The notes beneath the pieces were generated by a model. The model saw nothing but the letters and a program-made list of their open reading frames with translations, was not told the DNA's origin and ran no database searches. Positions 55,201 through 64,000 of a stretch of 64,000 bases of DNA are shown one piece after another. The position numbers were made by a program, and so were the translations under genes. This stretch comes from Octopus sinensis (taxonomy: Eukaryota): positions 81,406,001 to 81,470,000 of the forward strand of contig NC_043001.1 in assembly GCF_006345805.1 (NCBI RefSeq). The letters run 5' to 3'. Positions within the stretch are counted from its first letter, which is position 1; every line of letters begins with the position of its first letter.

Positions 55201-55510
55201 CTGCAGTATTAGTAGTGGTGATATTAGTTGTAGTATTAGTTGGTTGTAGTTTTGGAACATTGAAGGATATGATAAAGCAAAAGTGGATAGACAGTTAGAA
55301 AGAAAACAAAATGAGAGAAACAAAGAAGGAAAGAAAGAAAGGAAGAAAGAAAGGGAGAAGGGACATAAGGAATAGATGGGGGGAGGAGAAGAAGAGAAAA
55401 AGAGGAAATATAATAGAGGAAGAAGGGGAGAAGCAAAGGAAGAGTATGAGTATATATGTGTGTGTGTGTGTGTACATACATGTGTAAACATATGTACATG
55501 TGTGTATGTG

Positions 55511-55570
<60 letters not shown>

Positions 55571-56019
55571 GAGAAAAAGAGAGATCGAGAGAAGAAAACT
55601 GTAGAGATTGAAGAAAGAAAAAAAGAAAAATAAGAGAAAGAGAAGAAAAATTAGAAAAAGAAGAGAGACTGAGGTGGTGGTGGGGTGGGGGGGGATATTC
55701 TGGATCAATTTAAGAAATATAATAAAAATCAGAGAAAACAAACATGGAGCAGAACTGTTTAACTTATAATTTTCAATCAATTTTGTTATTCTAGAATATC
55801 TCCACACACTACACACTACACACTACACACACACATGTGTACATACATATACACATGCACAAACATACACATATCTGTCTCTTTGCAAACACTCCAGCAT
55901 CCTGCACCACGTCCCCTTCCATTACCGAAAGATCATTAAGAGAATCACTTCTGGCAGTTTTCATTACGCATTTACATCTTGGAGCTGTTTAATTTTACTG
56001 AATGGTTTTGTTTAAGAAA

Positions 56020-56610
56020 CATCATCATCATCATCATCATCATCACCGTCATAATTGTCATCACTGCCACCGTCGTCATCACCATCATTATTACAGCCAC
56101 CACCTTCATTATAACTACCACCACCATCATCATCACCGCTACCACCAACGTCGTCGTCGTCATCATCATCATCATAACCATCTCCACCATTGTAATCATC
56201 ACCACTAACCAGCACCACCACCGCCATCATCATCACCACCACCACCATTGTCATCATCACCACCACCACCACCATCGTCATCATCCTCACTATCATCATC
56301 ATCACCATTATCATCATCTCTATTATCATCACCATCAACACCACCACCACCACCACTGCCATCATCATCACCACCACCGCCATTGTCATCAACACCACCA
56401 CTACCACCACCATCATTATCACCTTTATCATCATCTCTATTATCATCACCATCACCAGCACTACCATCATCCTCACCAATGACAACAACAAACATGACAC
56501 TACAGTAACAACAATAGCAACAACGATGACAGCAAAACACGACCACCACTACCGCTGCCACAACTACAGCAACAGCAAACATGTCACAATTGCAACGATA
56601 TCAACAACAA
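56020..56610. repeat. Compound (CAT/CAC/CAA)n trinucleotide block
   Basis: Read directly from the sequence. Confidence 0.9.
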
Positions 56611-56787
56611 GGCGTAGGAGTGACTGTGTGGTAAGTAGCTTGCTTACCAGCCACATGGTTCCGGGTTCAGTCCCACTGTGTGGCACCTTGGGCAAGTGTC
56701 TTCTACTATAGCCTCGGGCCGACCAAAACCTTGTGAATGGATTTGGTAAACGGAAACTGAAAGAAGCCCGTCGTATATGTGTGTGTG

Positions 56788-56833
<46 letters not shown>

Positions 56834-56971
56834 TGTGTCTGTGTTTGTCCCCCAACATCGCTTGACAACCGATGCTGGTGTGTTTACGTCATCGTAACTT
56901 AGCGGTTCGGCAAAAGAGACCGATAGAATAAGTACGAGGCTTACAAAGAATAAGTCCTGGGGTCGATTTGC
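56611..56971 (+). mobile_element. SINE family A copy, 3'-truncated and fused to mariner sequence
   Basis: Follows the family consensus up to gggtcgatttgc, then switches to transposase sequence. Confidence 0.85.
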
Positions 56972-57537
56972 GCGTGAAATAAAATCTTCATCCGCGTAAA
57001 ATGATGTTGTGCATATGTTGGAACTGGGAAGAAATTATCCATTACTTGAATTGCTTGAACGGAACCAAACGGTCAATGTGGAACTCTACGTTCAACAGAT
57101 GGAACGACTCAGCACGGCTATTCAAGAGAAAAGACCTGATCGTCAGCATGGAGTTCTGCTGCACGACAACGTCCGCCCTCATATCGCCAATATGACCAAG
57201 GAAGCCATTCAAACGCATGGCTGAGAAGTACTGCTACACCCTCTGTACTCTCCCGATTTGGCACCAACGGATTTCCACCTCTTTTGATCTCTTTCAAATG
57301 CTATGCGCGGAGTTTCGTTCAATACTGATGCAGAATTGAGAGCTTGGTTAGATCAATTTTCGAGTCGAAATCGGGTGATTTCTACCAACGAGGTATTGAA
57401 AATCGTGTTGAACGTTGGGAAGAAGTTGTAAACAACAAGTGTGAATACGTTATTGATTAAATAGTTGTTATTTTTTTAATTAAACCTTTTAAAAATTAAA
57501 AAAAAAAACGAGCGGGAACTTAGTTTCCAACCTAATA
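56972..57537 (+). mobile_element. Mariner (D,D34D-type) transposase pseudogene, 3' part with right TIR
   Basis: HDNVRPH and YSPDLAPTDFHLF motifs, with in-frame stops and a frameshift. Ends ...cttagtttccaacctaa-TA, whose reverse complement TATTAGGTTGG resembles Hsmar1-type TIRs. Confidence 0.9.
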
Positions 57538-58230
57538 TATGTCTCTATGAGTTAGAAGTTAAGAAACCATCTAAGGGATATTAAATATACAATATACTAC
57601 AGGATATGTACCTACGTACTTTTTAACCAAAAGCTTATAATTGCATGACAATATTGCAGTTCAATACTAGGTATGGGTGGGGGTAAATTTCCAATTTACC
57701 CCGGATTTATAAGGCGCCTTATATATATTGGAATAATGTTAATATAAGAGTTTCCAAATCGATCAGGTACATCCCTTTAGCAAAACATGCATTTTAATAT
57801 GGAAATATATATACCGTGTATTCCACATCAGCATATCGTGCAGTGGGGTCATGATTATAATATATTTATACATTTTTATATACAAATATACAAAATATAT
57901 AATAGAAAATTAACAAAAGTTCAGTTATTGAGATTTCAATCAATAGATTTGTGGGTATTCCATTTCAGATAATGCAAAAAGAACATGACGAGTATTTACG
58001 ATGGAAAACTTGTATTTATATGCACCCCAGCATGGCCACAGCTCGTGAGCTGAAACTAGATAAAATAAAAAAAAATCAAGAAATAATACTTGAGGATAAA
58101 ACCTGTACAATAGCAGGGTATAAAATATAGTACCTTAATTAGCCCTTACTTGAGTTAAAATTATAATTAGAAAGGAACTACACGTGTTTCTGTATTTGAA
58201 GATCAGAATATATGTAATTATCAGATTTAT

Positions 58231-58646
58231 AATTCTACCAACACATCTTCAGGTTCAATTTTTCAAAATAATGTTCATCTATTTTAAATAATCATAAAAA
58301 TTAAGTGTTAAATTGATATTAAAGATTAAAAATAAACATTACAGAATTAAGAAGTAAAAATTATAAATTATAAATTTTAAATACATATATCAAACTTAGA
58401 ATGTCAAATATAAAATATAAAATTATAAATCAGAATGAAGAGGTCTGTAATTAAACTAAAAAATAAAGATACATATCCATTTGTGATAGGACCAATATAT
58501 CGTTCAAAATGGCGATTAGAGGAAGTGAATATAGCAGAGCACTATGGGAATTCATAGGTGATTAGTTCTAAGGGGTTTAGAACTAATCACCTATATTTAT
58601 ATATATTCGTATATATATATGTACATATATATATATACATATATGT

Positions 58647-58733
<87 letters not shown>

Positions 58734-60801
58734 AATATATCTGTAAATGTAATATGTGACAATTATTCTGTAGACATGATAAAACTCCGAGTTTCGGATG
58801 CCGAGGTGGAAATTCACGCCGCCATCTCTTCATCGGAAAAATGCTATGAAAAATGACCGTTATACAAAGGGAAATTACTGTGTAATTGACCGTTATTAAG
58901 ACAAAAGAGCTATTCGAATGACCGTTAAGTAAGGGGTAAACAGTTCATAGTATTCGCGTAAGCGCGCCTGTTCATACCTACTCATGTGCGCCCGAACACC
59001 CACATGCGTGCGCCTAAGAGTATACATTCACCCACCCTTACTTGAAAAAGTACACATTATGTATACATAAAAAGATTAAGAAAGCATAACGATGCACAAA
59101 CCTACTTCGTTTGTTGGCCAAATGCGATGCCAGTGACTGCTCAGTGCACAAACCCACGAAGAGCAATCACTGCTGCTACATGTGACCAACAGGAAGAAAC
59201 AACAACAGTGTGCAAAAAATGCATTATATCTGCCATGTCACTGTTATGTGACATTATGTCAGTTAGCTGGACCCTAATCATTATCCACCCATGTTCCCCA
59301 CCTGCCATCCATACCTCTGTCCATTTTCTTTGACCATCCATACATGCATCTGTCTATCCATGCATACGCCATCCATACAGCTGTCCATTTTCTATTTCTG
59401 GGAGGATCGTTGACGTAGAGTCCTAATGGACCTGTCGTTGAGGTAGAGTCCATAGGGACCTGTCAGAAGCTACTGCCATTAAACTCTCCGGCTGGATTAC
59501 CAAGCTTGACCAATTTGGACTATTGATGATATATTATCCATCCATCTTGGTCTTGGTCTATCTCTAGGTCTCCTGTCACTTGACGTGGCTTGAAGAATCC
59601 GCCTTGCGATTCTTTCTTGCAACATTCTAGTCACATGTCCGTGATACCAGAGCCGTGACTTTTCAATGCTGACAAGCAGCTGTTCAACATGGAGACACTT
59701 TCCGAGCTACGCACCCAGTCGACTAATGCTATTCCAGAAATCCTATAGAGGCATCCCATTTCAGCTGCTTGCATTCGCGATCGTACTCTTTTCCAATGTT
59801 TGTGACTATGGGTCACGCATCCACATATTCACAATAAACTACAGAAAAGTAAACGAAACTGTGCAGTAGTTGTTATAACAAGTTTTATACAGACCACGCC
59901 CATAACCAACTATATAATGAAACAAAAACAAAACACCTTATTCGATGGCCTACAAGACGTGTGTGGTGTGTCAACATATGTGAGCGCACCCATCTTTACT
60001 TTTTCCTCTCGTTAAATTCCGATATAATCATAACCTACACCATCTGAGGAGTATAGAAAAATTCAGTAAAAAAAAGAAAATTGCCCATTTTCTGAAAGTT
60101 ATGAGCAAACGAAGCCGACTCAAGTGGATAAACAATCTCCTTCCCCCACCACCGCCCGAAAATATTTCTTTCACAACAAATTCCAATATAGTTGGAATCT
60201 ACACCATCTTATTTCTTTATTGCCCACAAGGGGCTAAACATAGAAGGGACAAACAAGGACAGACAAAGGGATTAAGTCAATTACAACGACTCCAGTGCGT
60301 AACTGGGGTCGATGTAACATCCGAAAGGATGAAAAGCAAAGTCGACCTCGGCGGAATTTGTTGTGAAAGAAATATTTTCGGGCGGTGGTGGGGGAATTCT
60401 ACCAACACATCTTCAGGTTCAATTTTTCAAAATAATGTTCATCTATTTTAAATAATATAAAAATTAAGTGTTAAATTGATATTAAGATTAAAAATAAACA
60501 TTCAGAATAAGAGAGTAAAATTATAAATTATAAATTTTAAATAAATATATCAAACTTAGAATGTCAAATATAAAATATAAAAATTATAAATCAGAATGAA
60601 GAGGTCTGTAATTAAACTAAAAAATAAAGATACATATCCATTTGTGATAGGACCAATATATCGTTCAAAATGGCGATTAGAGGAAGTGAATATAGCAGAG
60701 CACTATGGGAATTCATAGTGATTAGTTCTAAGGGGTTTAGAACTAAACCTATATTTATATATATTCGTATATATATATGTACATATATATATAAAATATG
60801 T

Positions 60802-60842
<41 letters not shown>

Positions 60843-62207
60843 ATATATTATATTATATATATATATCTATATTATATATATACACAAATATATAGTAAAT
60901 GTAATATGTGACAATATTCTGTAGACATGATAAAACTCCGAGTTTCGGATGCCGAGGTGGAAATTCACGCCGCATCTCTTCATCGGAAAAATGCTATGAA
61001 AAATGACCGTTATACAAAGGGAAAATACTGTGTAATTGACCGTTATTAAGACAAAAGAGCTATTCGAATGACGTTTAAGTAAGGGGTAAACAGTTCATAG
61101 TATTCGCGTAAGCGCGCCTGTTCATACCTACTCATGTGCGCCCGAACACCCAAATGCGTGCGCCTAAGAGTATACATTCACCCACCCTTACTTGAAAAAG
61201 CACACATTATGTATACATAAAAAGATTAAGAAAGCATAACGATGCACAAACCACTTCGTTTGTTGGCCAAATGCGATGCCAGGACTGCTCAGTGCACAAA
61301 CCCACGAAGAGCATCACTGCTGCTACATGTGACCAACAGGAAGAAACAACAACAGTGTGCAAAAAATGCATTATATCTGCCATGTCACTGTTATGTGACA
61401 TTATCTATCTCTAGGTCTCCTGTCACTTGACGTGGCTTGAAGAATCCGCCTTGCGATTCTTTCTTGCAACATTCTAGTCACATGTCCGTGATACCAGAGC
61501 CGTGACTTTTCAATGCTGACAAGCAGCTGTTCAACATGGAGACACTTTCCGAGCTACGCACCCAGTCGACTAATGCTATTCCAGAAATCCTATAGAGGCA
61601 TCCCATTTCAGCTGCTTGCATTCGCGATCGTACTCTTTTCCAATGTTTGTGACTATGGGTCACGCATCCACATATTCACAATAAACTACAGAAAAGTAAA
61701 CGAAACTGTGCAGTAGTTGTTATAACAAGTTTTATACAGACCACGCCCATAACCAACTATATAATGAAACAAAAACAAAACACCTTATTCGATGGCCTAC
61801 AAGACGTGTGGTGTGTCAACATATATGTGAGCGCACCCATCTTTACTTTTTCCCTCTCGTTAAATTCCGATATAATCATAACCTACACCATCTGAGGAGT
61901 ATAGAAAAATTCAGTAAAAAAAGAAAATTGCCCATTTTCTGAAAGTTATGAGCAAACGAAGCCGACTCAAGTGGATTAACAATCTCCTTCCCCCACCACC
62001 GCCCGAAAATATTTCTTTCACAACAAATTCCAATATAGTTGGAATCTACACCATCTTATTTCTTTATTGCCCACAAGGGGCTAAACATAGAAGGGACAAA
62101 CAAGGACAGACAAAGGGATTAAGTCAATTACAACGACTCCAGTGCGTAACTGGGGTCGATGTAACATCCGAAAGGATGAAAAGCAAAGTCGACCTCGGCG
62201 GAATTTG
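58231..62207. repeat. Tandem segmental duplication: 58231-60360 and 60395-62207
   Basis: Colinear near-identity throughout. Copy 2 lacks 59258-59557 and carries small indels. Confidence 0.95.
59400..59820 (-). mobile_element. RTE LINE 3' fragment; partly duplicated at about 61404-61670
   Basis: Reads MQAAEMG.LYRISG...VRSS...ERIARRILQA...RRPRDRPRPRWMDNI. Confidence 0.7.
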
Positions 62208-62284
62208 AACTCAGAACTGAGCGGCAGACGAAATACCGGTAAGCATTTCGCCCGGCGAGCTAACGTTTCTGCCAGCTCGCCACC
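62055..62284 (-). mobile_element. Young SINE family B copy (CpG-rich); partial duplicate at about 60200-60360
   Basis: gtcgacctcggcggaatttgaactcagaac...ttctgccagctcgccacc. Another minus-strand copy lies at about 53590-53795. Confidence 0.85.
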
Positions 62285-62573
62285 TTTCCCAGCTCGTCGC
62301 CTTTCCCAGCTCGTCGCCTTTCCCAGCTCGTTGCCTTTCCCAGCTCGTCGCCTTTCCCAGCTCGTCGCCTTTCCCAGCTCGTCGCCTTTCCCAGCTCGTT
62401 TCCTTTCCCAGCTCGTCGCCTTTCCCAGCTCGTCGCCTTTTCCAGCTCGTCGCCTTTCCCAGTTCGTCGCCTTTCCCAGCTCGCCGCCTTTCCCAGCTCG
62501 CCGCCTTTCCCAGCTCGCCGCCTTTCCAAGCTCGCCGCCTTTCCCAGCTCGTCGCCTTTCCCAGCTCGCCGCC
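62268..62573. repeat. 17-nt minisatellite (tttcccagctcgtcgcc), about 18 copies
   Basis: Read directly from the sequence. The 17-aa periodicity of ORF 62142-62585 equals three 17-nt units. Confidence 0.95.
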
Positions 62574-64000
62574 TACACCATCTGAAAGGTATATCTAGAA
62601 CACTTCATCAAAAAGTACCAATTCTTCTGAAAGTCAGGAGGAAACAAATTCAATGATGGCGCACTTGTGCAGGTATGCCGCCATCATAATTTATAAACCT
62701 GATCTAGTAAATTCCATATGTATTTTCCTTTTTCAAACTGAAGTTTTTATTCTCTCCTCAACGCTTCTGTATTTCTTTTCGCTTTCACCTAATCTAAGTT
62801 TCAGTATTTCTATTTCGTTTTTCATTTTATCTAGCAACAGTTTTTGTCGTTTTTTTAAAACTCTGGTTTTCAGTTACAATTTTAAGCAATAATTTTGATA
62901 AGATCATTAGAATCGAGATAATCTAACGCTCTTTAATCCTCATTTTTTTTCAGCATATAACCAAAAAGTGAAAATTCAAAAGCTAAAGTTTTAATTCCAT
63001 ATGTAACATATTCGGTTTTTATAAGAAGTTCTGATAATATATTTTCAGGTGCTTTTGCAAGGAAGCACTTGGTGGAAGCAGTATTAGCCTGTATATCTTA
63101 CTTTACGTAGACATATTACAATACTAGAAAATCGTCTTAAGAATGCTTCTCGTATACAACGCATAGCGTTAAAAAGTACCAAAGAGTATCAGTAGCAAAC
63201 AAGAAGCGTCCAGCAGCAGATTTCTGCATCTTTGCACATTATCAGTTGTAAGTATTCATTTTGCACACCAGTAGCAAGTATTCATTATTAATCACATGTA
63301 TAGACAAGTTTCGTCTCTACTTTTAAAGAAAAACAGTGATTCACAAATCACTGGTGTTGCAAATAGCCGGCAGGCCAGGTAAAAAATGCATTATCAGTAA
63401 CGGAAGCAGTATTAGTTCAAGAATAATATTCTAGATATCTTACTTCATGTGAATATACTGTAGAAAGTCATAATAGCACTGAATTCCTCTTGAGAAAGCG
63501 TTTCGTAAGACTATTGTGCTATAACTTAAAGAGAAAAAAACATGTCACTGAAACCGCCGTCTCTTTTACTGACAATGGTCTTACCGTATGGAATTGAACC
63601 ATCAATGTTTTGGATTGAGTACAGGCGCGGGAGTTAGTGTGTTGCACAGTCATGGGTATGTAGTAAGAAGTTTGCTTTCCATCCACATGGTTTCGGGTTC
63701 AGTTTTACAGCCTAACACCATGAGCAAGTGTCTACTATAGCTTCGCGCCAACAAAGGCTTTCAGTGGATTTGGTTGCTGGAAACTGAAAGAAGCCCGCCG
63801 TATATGTGTGTGTGTTTTTCTATGTTTGTGGTCCTACACCATTACCTGACAACCGGTATCGGTGTGCTTACGTCCCCGTCAATTAGAGGTTCGGCAAAAA
63901 GACACCAATACAATAAGTATCAGGCTTAGAACAAAAGTTCTGAGGTCAATCTGTACAACTCAACCTTTTAGGCGGTGACCCAGCATGACCCCAGTTCAAT

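Noticed and set aside
54592-56582. Long Thr/Pro-, His-, Gly/Val- and Asp-rich ORFs (up to 207 aa)
   Set aside because: Trinucleotide repeats are open in most frames on both strands, and there is no splice context or non-repetitive domain.
62142-62585. 147-aa repetitive ORF, and a possible CRISPR-like array
   Set aside because: It is a SINE plus a 17-nt minisatellite. The units are contiguous with no unique spacers, and the context is eukaryotic with no cas genes.

Overview
AT-rich, microsatellite-dense animal genomic DNA. From recall of its SINE and RTE repeat families it is most likely an octopod cephalopod; this is an inference and was not searched. The only supportable protein-coding content is the 3' end of a class-A plexin gene on the + strand. 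Nine GT-AG exons between 2430 and 26491 splice in frame into about 345 aa covering part of the Rho-binding domain, the C2 half of the RasGAP domain and the C-terminus. The rest of the gene lies upstream of the window. The remaining sequence is repeat-derived: at least three tRNA-derived SINE families, two decayed RTE-clade LINE families, mariner and Tigger-type DNA transposon relics and MITEs, simple repeats and several local duplications. I found no evidence of a novel multi-gene system. The most unusual features are structural: (1) a ~2.1 kb tandem duplication whose junction carries an exact 44-nt inverted templated insertion; (2) a 633-bp fold-back element with an 8-bp target-site duplication and internal telomeric repeats; (3) a 17-nt minisatellite derived from a SINE 5' end; (4) a dense, strand-biased SINE cluster in the plexin introns. 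Repeat boundaries are hand-read and approximate unless stated as exact.
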